A DNA stretch of 64,000 nucleotides from the human T2T-CHM13v2.0 reference genome, Homo sapiens, in NCBI RefSeq assembly GCF_009914755.1, contig NC_060936.1. The stretch is one strand, 5' to 3'. A program made the position numbers and the translations under genes. Positions 13,551 through 26,725 of this stretch are shown piece by piece; position 1 is the stretch's first letter; every line of letters begins with the position of its first letter. The notes under the pieces are model-generated. The model did not search any database. It saw only the letters and a list, made by a program, of their open reading frames with translations, and was not told the origin of the DNA.

Positions 13551-15268
13551 CTTCTGATGTTGTTACCAGCTCTTTAGTGTCTTGTTCTTGAGAGACAAGG
13601 TTAAATAACCCTCTAGAAACATAACAGATCTTATTCTTAGTCCTCTGTAAGTCTTCCTTTCTCTATGGAAGTCCAGATCTTGACCAGAACAGTAATAGGC
13701 TGGACTTACATGAACACATTTTAGGTCATCTGGCTGAAACAGATGGAGGCTATCTTAGGCACATGTTTGTCTTCTCAATTTTCAGCTCCCTACAGAAGCA
13801 GCAAAGGCTTGGGCAGTTCTGCACAGGCTAGCTTAAAGTGCTCATGCTTCAATGCAAATCTGTTTTACACACCTATGAAAGACTAAGAACCTCAGTCTGG
13901 GAAGTGGGTGGGTGGGGTGGACAGTGATTTACTCTTGAGCCCCAGACGCTTCACCTGACTTTTTCACAACTCCCCACCCTTTTTACTTTTCATCCAGAGA
14001 TCTCAAAGCTCTAAACAAGCCTTGATCCTCCCTGACCCCCTGAGTCATCCTCTGTTTCCATTTTCCCAGATAGGGGAGGTTGGGCAGTGGAATACCATGT
14101 TTTGGGATGGGTGCTTGGTGGGTGGGTAGGGGAGATTGCAGGGGCAACCATAGGGATCCAGGGGCCCCTTTTCAATCATGGGGTGGGGCGAGGGGCAGGC
14201 ATCAAGGTGGTTCTAGGTAGTTGGGTTTCAGCTTGTCCTTTTGAGGTTGTTTTATGACTGAAGAGACTCGGATAAAGAGTCCGAGCTGGAGAAATTGAAG
14301 AACAAACAAAGCCGTAAAAGACGCCGATAAAATTTCTCCCAGCACAGAATAGTCTTTGGAGCCTCCCTCAAGAATCTTAGAGTAATCTGGGAAGGCTAAT
14401 TAAGTCTCACAGCCCACACTGGGCACTGGGGCAGGACGAGGGAAAGGGGAAGAGAGCACTGAGAGAGATTTCCCTTCTCCCTCTCTTCTCTCAAGGGCGC
14501 ACAGGTGTTCAAACATTCAATATGGAGACTGAATTAAGACTTGGTGGGGGGATGGGTGAGAATGGGGAACGAATGATGGGAAATATCAATATTTTTAAAG
14601 ACTCCTTTTAATAAGGAAGTGCTTGAGAATATGCAGAACGATAGGAGGACCCTGAATTGTAGAATATTAAGAATGGAGAGTACCTGGGTGGGAATGAGAG
14701 GCTCTGGGACTGTGAACATGGTACGTCTGCATGCAGGTGGCATGAAGAATGGGTCTAGATGGGGATGAAGGCAGCTGGATTCAGAGCATGGCAGTCTGAG
14801 GCTGAGGGGGGTCTGAACTGAAGGCTTTTGAAGCTAAAGGACCCACATTTGGGGACGAATAGGACAGGAGTTCTGTCTGGGGGGATCTATGTGAGCATAG
14901 GGAGAAGGCACCAGAGGGATGGTGAGATGAGAGTGGGGCTGTGTGTGAGAGAAGAGGACGTGATGATCTGGGAGGGAACCTCAGCCCTAGGGGAGTGGTT
15001 AGAAAGCCAGGGGTCAGCCTATTTTCTCCAAACTAGCTATTTTTCTGTTCTTTGTTCCAAATGAATTGGTGGATTGACCACAAAGAGAAATCTTATGAGC
15101 TTATATGACGTAGAGGTGGGAGGGAAAGAGTTGATGGGGAGTGTGCATGAGGGGAAGACATAGAAACTGCCAGTTTCCATGGTGATAGCTGAAATATTTA
15201 TTTCTATTTTCCTGATTTCTGCAGCATGTCAGAAGACGCTGTAAGTGAGAAATGCTACCTTTTCATCT

Positions 15269-15543
<275 letters not shown>

Positions 15544-16799
15544 GAATCAAGATCTGAGGTGGGATGAGAAGGTTAGTGAGGGTATGGGTCTTTAGCAGGG
15601 CAGTGTCTCTAGCTTCCAAGATTAATTGAGCGACCTCCTCTGGTATCTCTAGGTACATGCAAGAAGTTTGTGGATACAGAGCAGCAGCAGGAACCAGACA
15701 CTTCTTATCAGTGGGGTGGGTTGGAACTTCAGGAAGCGCCTTCACAGCAGTGCCATCCTAATTGGAGTATAGACGGATGGGCCTCTCTGAAACCAGAGAC
15801 TAAGTTTGGGTCTCTATGGTCCAGTAACCTTCCTTGAAATTCCCCCTGGAACACTAGGAACCTATTTCCTACATGCTAAATCTCTCCAGCTCTTCAAGGA
15901 GCCTCAACACAGTGTGCCTGCTATTGGGCACTGGGGACTGAATCAGGAAGAAGAGGTTGATGATGGTGGGTGGGTAGGAAAGGCCAGTGAAAAAGATGTT
16001 GCCAAATGTGCAGGTGTCAAACCTGTAAGACTTGGATATTGTAAAAATCCTAGCTGTCCAATTCTATCCACTTTCCCCGTGAGGGCCAGAAAGTTTGAGT
16101 GACTCACCAAAAAAATACATAGCACATCCAGGATTCAAACTTGCTTCCTGTCCAAGAGTACCCTGACTTTTGCCCCAGTCATACCCATTTTGTAATTGGC
16201 TCTCAGTTGAGGTGGGTACCCAGATGCCCAGCATAGTGAGATCATGTCTTAGGCACAGTAGCTCCTATGTGCTCCCCGAATTCCTTCCACCTGCCCGACT
16301 TGTCTAGTGACTTCAGAGTAAAGCAGCTGCCAAAGCTGGCTCCTCCATCCTTGGAGAATAGGCTCCAAGATGTTTGCTGAGTAAATACCTGTCTCCTGCT
16401 TGTTTGTCCTGTGCATAGTTCTTCTTGGCCATCATGTCCTTAGCTCCTGACATAGCCTCTGGTTTACAGGATCCTGGAGAAGGAACTGCCACCAATAGGA
16501 GGCACCAACTGCTGGGGCCATAAGGGAATGTTTCTTGCCCAGACATTCCCCTACACCCTTCTTTTTTTCTCTGTGACCTCCTTCCATTCTGTTTTCACTG
16601 GTGTCCTGGCAATCCCTAATTCTCTTGCTCCTGTGTCCCCCCAAGGCCTGCCTTTTTTTTCTCTCGTGTTTACTGTAGCTTCTGTGCCATTCCTGGGTCC
16701 CCTTAGCTCTCTTCTCCTTCCCCTAGTTTCTTCTCAGCCTCTGCTCACGCCCCCTTCAGCCTTTCCTACCTTCCTTTTTTCCTTTCTCCCTTCCCCCTT

Positions 16800-16965
16800 C
16801 CTTCATCACGTATTTATTGAGTACTTGTTTAACGCCAGGCCCTCTGGTTAGCTCTGAGGCTGTAACAGTGAACCGCCACAGACTCTGAGCTGTCTGCGGA
16901 AGCTTAGGGTCTAGCAGGGAAGACACACAAGTACTACAGCAATTTTGATATGATATGACAAGTGA
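16800..16965 (-). mobile_element. L2 3' fragment
   Basis: tatttattgagtacttg...gccaggccct...agcttagggtctagcagggaagaca. Confidence 0.7.
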
Positions 16966-17019
16966 AGCCCCTTGGCCTTGTTTTTCCAAAGCCCTCTTTC
17001 AGCTATGACGAGTTGGATT

Positions 17020-17135
17020 GACTCACATTCCCTGAGTAGTGAATTCCAATGTTTCACAATTCCTACAGAGGGCAAGTTTTTCTTGATGCCTAGACTTAGT
17101 TACTCCTGAAGTTAAGATCATTCCCTGGGCTCTAA
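17020..17135 (-). mobile_element. L3/CR1-like relic
   Basis: attccaatgtttcacaattcctac...aagtttttcttgatg resembles antisense L3. Confidence 0.4.
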
Positions 17136-18852
17136 TTTACTCCCCTATACTTTTTATTTTTAAAATGAGTATCATAATGTCCACTTTCCTCATATCCTGC
17201 GATGTTTGTGAAGGCGGGTTGAAATGATAGGTGTCAAAGTCCTCTGAAAACTTTGTGAATCTTAGATAGGATTCTCTCTAAACTTCTTGTTGGGAATGGA
17301 GAACTTTTTTCTCCTACAAGTAGAACAGCTCAAAAGATAATTTTAAATAACTCTGAATTGCCTCAAACTTATTCTCTTTTCTATTTACTTATTATTTATA
17401 GGAAACAATTCTTTGATCTTTATAGCTGAGATCCATGTCCCTTTTAAACAATTTTCTTGAAGAAAAAAATGCCTCTTATTGCAGTAATCGAGATTGAGGG
17501 AGAACTTCAGAAAGGAGGCCTTAAGCACTTAGGTGTGAAAACATAAGTCAGAGGACAAATCCCCCCATCACAATGCGGCTCCTTTGCATTATTATTGGAG
17601 TCAAGGGATTTGGCATGATGGTCCAGGAGGAGCCTGAGGATTACATGGGAGAGCGATAGTGATGCTTGATCCTAGATGATGGATTTCCAAGAGGGATGAA
17701 GAGTCTGACTAGGTTGCCTGAGTCAGAACATATCATCAAGCTCTGCTCCTATTAATGACTTAAGAGCAGCTGACTCGATTCACTCCATTACCTTCTGAGG
17801 GAGGAGGCAGAGAGCAGGAACAGAAGCTGCTTAGGGGCAGAGAACTCTCCTGGATGCCAGGATAGGAAGGGCCAGTCTCTTCCCAGCTCTCTGGAGTCCC
17901 GTTCTGGGCTAACTTTGATGGATGGGTGGCAATGGGGTATCAGTCTGTTGCTTCTCCATTCAGTGGATCCACATAACGGGTTTCAGGAAAACGGCCTGAC
18001 TTTCCAGGGTTTCCTTTCTCTTCTACCTGCCTCCAGACTGACCCAAGCAAATGTTTTAGGTTTCCTGATCTCCCTTCTCAGCTCCCCTTAATACTGTCAG
18101 GGATTTCTTCTAGTTGTCTAGCTTGAGGTTCCCTCCTTTACTATAGCAATCCCATGTCTTCACAGCCTGGGCCTGGTAGAAACTTTTATATATTGTGCTG
18201 GTATCCTATTGTTTTTAGCTCCTTCTCTTTAAAGAGAAAGGATACACTTTCTCTTTTTTTCCTGCTCTTTCTTTTTTCCTTCTTTTTCTGTGTCTCCCAT
18301 GCCTGCCTCCTTAGGCAGAGCTGCTGCCTTTCTGCCTTGGCCTCTAGGGTAGCCACTCTTTTCTTCTTGGGAATGTTTCCAACTTTGATGGCTGATAGGT
18401 TGTTTTCACAGTTTGTTGTCGTTTTCTACCAGTTCAGCTCATCCCTCTTCTCCCTAATGTCCTTGTGGAGCCAGAAAACAGCAGCATGTTTCCAAGGACT
18501 CTGAGCCTGGGCATTTTAAGAGCCTACCTTCCCCCATCATTTCAGTTTCATCTGCAGGCTGCAGAGTGAGCAGACGCATGTATGGCACCGGCAGAGCGGC
18601 TCGTAATGACTCAAGATGAACAGGTCGAGCTCAAAGGCACAACAGAAACCCATTTGTAATGGAGTTGTTTTTCTTTCAAATCCTTAAGAACATAAGCAAC
18701 CTATCTTATGATAGAAGAGTGAAGGGGGAGGGGAGGGATTGAGTCAGAGTTTGTTTTCATTTCAGGAGGCCCGTCTTTCAGCATGTTCTCAGCCTAGGGT
18801 GGGCTTGGATTTTAGTCACATTTAGATAGCAATGCTTATGCCTTCACTGCGA

Positions 18853-19075
18853 TTTTAAATTGTAGTAAAATATACATAAGATGTGCCATTTTAACTATTT
18901 TTAGGTATGCAGTTTGGTGACATTAAATACATTCACACTGTTATGCAACCATCAACACCATCCATCTCCAGAGTTTTCTCATCTTCCCAAACAGAAACTC
19001 CATACCCATTAAACATGAGCTCCCCATACCCCCTTCCTCCTAGCCCATGACATCTTTCCACTATGATTTGACTTG
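18853..19075 (-). mobile_element. L1M (L1MB-like) 3' end
   Basis: cattaaatacattcacactgttatgcaaccatc...catcttcccaaacagaaactc...cccattaaaca. Confidence 0.85.
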
Positions 19076-19567
19076 GCTTCTTAAAGCACCATTCTGACCA
19101 CAGAGCCTCTATTTCTTCTTCTTTTAAATCTCAGCTCCTCCGACAGAATTTCAAGACCTTCTCCATTGGCACCTGCAGACTCACTCCATGCAGCTTCTGT
19201 CGTCACTTCTTGGCTCAGAGAGGCACTTCTTGCCTCTCTGAGAGGCAATTCTGAGTCCTAGTCCTCATTCAAGTGACCTCTTCCCTGCCTGATCCTGCGT
19301 GAATCGCCCTTCCTCATTCTTCTCTTCAGCCTGGTTTGGCCCTTACTTTAGACTCCTGCTTTAGGACATCCTGATGTTCTAATATGCCCCACCCTCTGTT
19401 ACATGACCCACCCACTTCCCAACCTCTATCTAGTATTCTGCCTGGTTGCTCTTATCCTGTTCTTGCTTCTTTATCTGCGTCTTATTTCTCTCTCAGACTG
19501 GAGGCAACCTCAAGTCGTGAGCTTCTCGCTGAAATCTATGCTAGGATTAGTGTACTCTATTCTATGT

Positions 19568-19732
19568 CCTTGCTACTCAGAATGTGGTCTGGGGTCTAGA
19601 GGCATTGGCGTCACTCAGGAGCTTGTTAGAAATGCATCGGAGACTCCACCCCTGACTTACTGAAGAGGAATCTGCATTTTAACGAGATCTCTAGATTATT
19701 GGCATGCACATTAAAGTTTGAGAAGCCCTGCT
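19568..19732. mobile_element. MER5-type hAT-Charlie MITE
   Basis: gagcttgttagaaatgca...aatctgcattttaac...gcacattaaagtttgagaagc. Confidence 0.85.
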
Positions 19733-22479
19733 GAAGGATGGGTGATAAATAATTTATATTGTAGGTGTGCATAACTAAAATTATCTAAGTAACACCTCTA
19801 GACTACATTCAAACTGTATGGATATTTTTGAGGAGAGGAAGAAAGATATTTTGTGTCCTTCAAACTTATGAGTCTCTAACAGAATTGCCTAGAAAGCCAG
19901 GAACTGACGCTTCAAAGGTGAGAGGGTACAGGAGTCAGTGTCCCCAATGGGAAGGCATGAGGCTTACATAATGAGAAACTCCCTGGCTGGCTGTCTCATA
20001 GTTAGGCAGACAGGGGCAAAGTTCCCTGAAGTTCACTTTGAGGCTGGCTGATAGTGTTTCCCCAGAATTAAACACTTGTCCCCAAACAGACATTTGTCAC
20101 CAAAGTCCTAGGGGGAAGCAGGGCTCCAGGTCTCAAAATAACCTGGTTTCTGTCCCCATGGCTGGGGCTGATTCATATTTTGTAGGAGGTTTGATTGTAG
20201 CTGGGAATGGCTGAGGAGCTGGTGTAATTCTCCCCTCCTTCCTCATCCCACTGAGAGGGAGTGAGGAGGGGCATGAAGAGCGGAGATAGGGTGTGGGAGT
20301 CAAACCTGTTCTTCACATAGCAATTGTCTCGTCTCACTCCTTGCTCTCACTCCGACAAGTTGAGTCCACAGCTGGGAAAACTTGGAGCCGGTCTCTGAGT
20401 CTGCTTGGCTCATATCCAGCCTCCCTCTTTTTTTTGTTCCTTCTCCCCTTGGGAACATCTTTCCCTATTCTCCCACTTTCAGGTACAAGAGAGCCGTGAT
20501 GTACTGGAGTAAAGGCTGTGAGCTGGGAAGGGCTTGGAATTCTTTAGATTAGAGCCTCCCTCTTCCTGGTCATCTCCAGGAGAACATGCCAGATTCCACT
20601 GCTTCATTACTTTTTAGGGCATGAAGGGATTAGAAAGCAACTGGAGGGCAAAGTAGTTTGGGGTAAACTAGGGAGGAGGTGGCCTGTCAAGTGGAAAAAT
20701 AATGTAAATAAGAGATGTTTCCCAGAATCATGGGAAAAAATTTCTCTGAGTCTTTGTCATGTTTTTGTGAGCCCCTAGGTGTCTGAGTTTTGCTCTGTTG
20801 GTGGAGTGATATGTTTCTTGTTCTTCTCATAGTGTTGGTTTCTAGAGCAGAGGCCTTCAGATATTACCGCTTGAGCAGAAGACCTCATGTGTGTCTTTTG
20901 TCATCTCCAAAAGTGTTTATCTTTCGAAGCCATACCCTTTGAATTTTACCACATGCTATTATCTAATCCTTGAGTGTCATTGCAGGACCACAAGTGGCAG
21001 GGTGAGGCACTGTGGCCTGGTGGTGAGGATGAGGAGAGGATGCACAGCCCAGGCCTTTCAGAGTACAGTGTCCAGCATGTCAGTCATTCTGAGTAAATAC
21101 TAATACCCTTCACTGCTCTTTTCTCTTGGGGTGGCATGGAGTTGATCACTTCATCTTACCACCATGTTATTTCACTCTTCTATTTTGTACCAGCTCTGAG
21201 ACTTGACTCTTAGAACCATTGCTGTAGCATTTGGCTCAGTATTTCCGTGTTCTAAACAGTCCATTTTCCCCATGAAGCTGAGGGCTCCCCGAGGGCAAGG
21301 ACAGCACCCCCTTTCTCCATATCTCACTTCGTACTGATGTCAGTACAGACTGGCTGATGAGGAGAGAATGTAAGGAAATCCCATCTTTCTGGTTCAAAAA
21401 GTATCTAAGATATAGACTCATTTGCACATAGTTCCTCTATGAGGGAAGGAATTGGCATTTTAAAAACTCCTCAATTGCTAGGTCAATTTGTGTTGGTTCA
21501 GCTGAGCAAACTTCTGACAAGGCTGTAGCTTTGATCTGTAGTCTGTCTTGGGATTCTTCTAAGGAAGACTCAATGTTTTGGTCACTTGGAGGTAGAAGGA
21601 TATTGGTAATGACTGGGATATGGAGAAAACATGAAATCTTAGCCAGGAGAAGCTATCTCAGGAATCTGTAATGAGTGCGTGTTATTTCTTTTCCAACAGG
21701 CTGCATAATTTTTATGACCAATTATTCCATTTGTAATGACGCTGAGATAACAGAGATCTCATCTCATGCTCCATGGCACACGCCAGGCACTCATGGGAAC
21801 TAGACGAAACCATCCCTTATACAAGAATTGGATAGGCAGAGTGTTTCCACCAAGATTTAGTTCTAGCAGGAGAGACAGACATAAGTGCTAAGAAAAAACT
21901 TTGTGAACAGCAAAGGGTATAAGGAACTGGAAGACGGGCCTGGAGAGGACTGAAGCTTTAAAATGAAGGAGGGATTTATTAGGGATACATAAAAGAGTTG
22001 TCTTCTAGCCTTAGAATTTTGTGGTCTGGTGTTGCTTTTGATGATGTTATTTACATGTAACAAATGAACAGGTGTCTTTGGCTGTGAGATAGTGTCATCC
22101 CAAGCCACAAGGAACCAGCCTTTTCCCACAAAGATTTTGAGAGCTCAGTTGGAAAGAATTGGCTTTGGGACGTTTAGAAAAAGACTAGGTCCAGATTGTG
22201 GGGCATGATGCTCTTCCTGGGGCTAGTGGTCCTCTTTTCCCTTATACCCAACTTTTGAGTCAGGAGAGTGCTGATGATCTCCTAATCAGATCTGGTAATT
22301 AGTTCATCATGTCTGAATAGAGGCAAGCTAAGGGTTCACATCTAGTTGCTCCCACTGATTGGTCTCAAACATTTACCTCCTCCTGCCTCCACAGTTTTCT
22401 CCAGAATCTTCCCCAACTATTTGCCCTTTTACCACTCTTCTCTCTGGTATTTCTTATCCATTAATTGATAAGGGCGGGG

Positions 22480-22672
22480 TAGTTGAAGCCAGGCAGGCCT
22501 GGGTTTGAATCCCAGCTCTGTCACTATTGTGTCACTTAGACTTTTTGATCTTGTTTTCCCATCTATAAAATGGGAATAAGACCCACTGCTCAGGTTAGTT
22601 GTAAAGGTTGAATAAGAGAATGTTTAAGTGAGGGCTTGGCACTTAGCATGTGCTTATAATAAAAGGTAGTTG
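22480..22672 (+). mobile_element. MIR SINE
   Basis: cctgggtttgaatcccagctctgtcact...catctataaaatgggaataa. Confidence 0.85.
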
Positions 22673-23854
22673 ATCATTTTCTTTAGAATTCCCTCTCTCT
22701 ACTCCTTGACTACTTTTCATTAGAGTAGAGAGAATTGGGGAGAGAAAGAGTGATGCCCAAATAGATGGATATAATAGAGTGATTGTAAGGAAAATGGAAG
22801 GATAACAAGAGGGACGGATATCATGGAGACAGATAAACAAAGATAGTTATAGTTAGAGGAACAGATAGTGAAAACCAGTCAGAAGCAAGATTAAGTGAAA
22901 GATACAAAGATGGACAAAGGAGAGAGGAGCAGTGAAAGGTAAGTGAAGGAATGAAGAGGTGGAAAGTCAGATGGAAAGGCAGAGACATGAGTTGAGAGCC
23001 AGACAAAGACTGCCAGAGGACAGAGATGGAGAGTTAATTTGTGGAACTTGGTGTAAAACCCCTGGAATAAGAGCTCTCCTGGCTTCTTGCCCCTTGTTAT
23101 TGTGTGACTTGAGTTCTAAGTCTCTGGTTCCCTCAACCCTTTTCCTCCCTGTTTATGCCACTGCCAAACCACTTATACAGATCTGCCTCTACACTGAAGC
23201 TTGAGCGGCCCTGCCCCCTTCTCTTCTACACTCTGCATCCCACACCATCTTAGTTACCTAAGTCCATAGGGATTTTTCATTTCAAAAAAACTGTTTGGAG
23301 TGCAAAAGCATCATGGTGTCAGCCAGTCAGTGCAATAACCAGGTGCAGTTTTACAGTCGCTCCCCCGACTGTAACTGCACTTTCATATATCTCTGGCTGC
23401 GACAGCCAATTTTCTTTCAAAGATTGTTTTTTCTGGAGCCTGTGATTTCTACTCTCGCCTCCAACCTCTGGGATATTAAAACGGGGTCAGTGGCTCTTGG
23501 CAGGCTGACCAATTTGTGGTCACTCCCTAGCTCCTCTATTCACTCTCCCTGTTGCTATCTCCAATCTTGTCATCCCTCTGCCTCTGCACGCCATCTAGTC
23601 ACGCTAGAGGAAAATGGCTCTGGTGGTTAAAGCTCTCCAGAGAGATGCCTCAGCCTTCTGGGAGGTTACAGTCCTTCGCACTGAGAGGTTTTGTCATGTG
23701 TCTAACCTTAAGAGTTGAGGTTAAGTGCGGTGGGGAAGGGGATCCAGGAGCAGATTCACCTTCTAAGCCTTTCCCTATCCTTCTCCTCAACCCTGCCCTG
23801 CCCCATTGTGTTCTGGGATGGAGCTGTCAGTTCCTTTCCATGAGAATACTGTAG

Positions 23855-23858
23855 CTTT

Positions 23859-23926
<68 letters not shown>

Positions 23927-24235
23927 GCTTGCTTTCTTGCTTTCTTTCTTGCTTTCTTTCTCTCTCTTTCTCCCTTTCTTTCCTTCCTTCTTTCCTCTTT
24001 CTTTCTCTCTCTCTTTCTCTTTCTCTCTTTTCTTCTTTCTCTCTTTTCTTTCTTTCTTTCTTTCTTTCCTTCCTTCCTTTCTTTCTTCTTTCTTTCCTTC
24101 TTTCTTTCTCTCTCTTTCTTTCTTCCTTCCTTCCTTTCTTCCTTTCTTTCTTGCTTTCCTTCTTTCTTTCTTTCCTTCTTTCCTTCTTTCTTCCTTCCTT
24201 CCTTCCTTCCTTCCTTCCTTCCTTCCTTCCTTTCT

Positions 24236-24295
<60 letters not shown>

Positions 24296-24324
24296 TCCTT
24301 CTTTCTTTCCTTCCTTCCTTCTTT
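23855..24324 (+). repeat. Compound (TTTC)n/(TTCC)n polypyrimidine tract, about 470 bp
   Basis: Directly visible; contiguous with the tail end of the antisense Alu. Confidence 0.99.
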
Positions 24325-24607
24325 GACAGAGTCTGGCTCTGTCACCCAGCCTGGAGTGCATGGCAGGATAATAGCTCGGTGCAGCCTCAAACTCCTGGGT
24401 TCATGCCATCCTCCTGCCTCAGCCTCCCAAGTAGCTCGGACTGCAAGCATGTACCATTGTGCTGGGCTTATTATTATTATTATTGTTTTTAGGGATGGGG
24501 TCTTGCTATGTTGCTCCGGCTGGTCTTGAATTCCTAGCCTCCAGCAATCCTCCTGCCTCAGAGTCCCAAAGTGTTGGGATTACAGGCATGAGACAGTGTA
24601 CCTGCCT
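24325..24607 (-). mobile_element. AluJ-type
   Basis: J-type gcagcctcaaactcctggg; central linker converted to (TTA)n. Confidence 0.93.
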
Positions 24608-26409
24608 CAGTAGCTTATTTTCTAAGGGGAACATTTTGAAGAACTGGGGGAATAGAATTAGGGTTTAACATTAGGGAGTTTTCTTTGCTAGAAACTGAGA
24701 GTGGGGTGAGGTGGGAAAGCTCGTACAATCTCTTTTTCTGGGAAATTGGGAGAATAGGAGGAATTCCCATATAGGTGAAGGGCTGGGTTAGTGGACATTT
24801 AGCACATGGGGAAGGGATATGGAAATGTTTGGATCCCTACCTCCCTGATGAGAGATTGTGATTCTGCTCTTGCTGATAAAAGCAATCTCTTCCCACCAAA
24901 AGCAGTCTCTTCCATTGTTTGCCGGTATGGTATTTGCTGGCCAGCAAAATGCCTTCTTTCTGTCACCCAGGTAGGGTTTTTTTTTTTTTTTCTTGGAAGA
25001 AAGACTTGTATCTGCCTTTGGGGTTGTCCATTTGGGGATTTTTCTATTTCCTTCCTTGGCCCATGGCCTGATGCAAAATACTTCCTGTGGCCTAACTCTT
25101 GTTCCTCTTGCTTTACTAACAGGTTGAACCCTCTTGAAAAACAACATGATACAGCACACTCCCCCTCCTCACTCATATCATCCCTTGTTTTTATTAAATA
25201 AAAGTAAGTGGAGCTATAAGATGTGACTGGCCTGGATCCCAGCTTCATAAAACAAAACTAACACCCTCTTTATCAAGGGGCTGAGGCATCCGGAGAAGAT
25301 TTCTTAGGCCATTTTGCTGTCACGTAAATGGGAATCAATATTCAATAAGCCCTTGATGCACTACGCTAGCAGTTCACTTAATACCGGCTTCCAGTACAGT
25401 AAGTGGCGTTGATATAGGGAGGGCTTGTTTGTAAAATAACACTGCAGCCCTCACCTCCTGGATATTGGATCTGGCTTCTCCTAAGCAAGAAGATTCAAAA
25501 CTCTGAGGAAGCAGGAGAGTCTTTTTGCCAATCCCATTGCCTCAGGACAGACTCACCTATAATCTAGCTTGCAAAAGAGAACAGATTCTGTGCTTGTATT
25601 AAAACCAATCAGTCTAAGAGATCCTGGAGGTTAATAGGCCCACATTCCTATCAGGAAGATTTCCACTGTGTCTGCCCTGATTGCCTCCTTCTTCAATAAA
25701 TTAGTCAAATTGAAAACAGATTTAAGGATAGAATTGATTCCACTGCTACTAACGTTATGAGGATAGACCCTTCTGTGTCCTGAAAGCCTGCAGTGGCTGG
25801 AAATAATACCTCCTTTCTCCCAGCCCCTGTGTTTGCTATCGGGAAGGACTGCTGGCTGCCTTGGCCCCTGGTGGATGGTGGCAGGTCCAGGTTTCTCCGT
25901 GCATAGTCACTGTGAGAATCTGGTAGGAAATGGGCTGTTTCAAAATGGTCAATTATTTCTTTTTCCATTCTGTGACATCTTTGCTGGGGATTTGTAACCT
26001 TAGGCTTGCTTCTCCTCCACAGCTCTAAACAAGCATGTGTTAAGGAAAAGCAATCTGATGTCTGCCTAAATATAACAGGTGAATATTGTACCAAAGCTTC
26101 ATATAATACGTTTCAGAACCAAGTAGATTTTAGCCATTCTTTTTCAGTGCCAGTGTTCACAGAGTTTAGGAATTAACAATTTGGGGTTGAAGTAGGAACA
26201 TATAGAGAGATTTATCCTGCATTATGGTTGTGACGATTTCTTATCCCATTTTAGGGGGTTCGATGTTTGGGAGGAAGCTGAAGGTAGAGGACTTTTCAGC
26301 ACTACTGTTTGGGGATATGCTGATGGAGGTCAGTCCCACTCTTTCTAGTGACCCTGTAACTGTCCCTCCAGGAGAGGTGTCCTTTCTTAAGTCTCCTAGA
26401 GTCACTTTA

Positions 26410-26725
<316 letters not shown>

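Noticed and set aside
20420-20490. Long polypyrimidine tract ending in tttcag (acceptor-like)
   Set aside because: No credible downstream donor. Such pseudo-acceptors are frequent in introns.
23756-24492. Longest ORFs (201-228 aa, K/E/R-rich or F/L/S-rich)
   Set aside because: They are translations of the (TTTC)n/(TTCC)n tract plus an Alu. Simple repeats lack stop codons, so these are not genes.
26246-26255. CArG box CCATTTTAGG (another, CCTATAATGG, at 61960-61969)
   Set aside because: Several are expected by chance in 64 kb, and there is no clustering.
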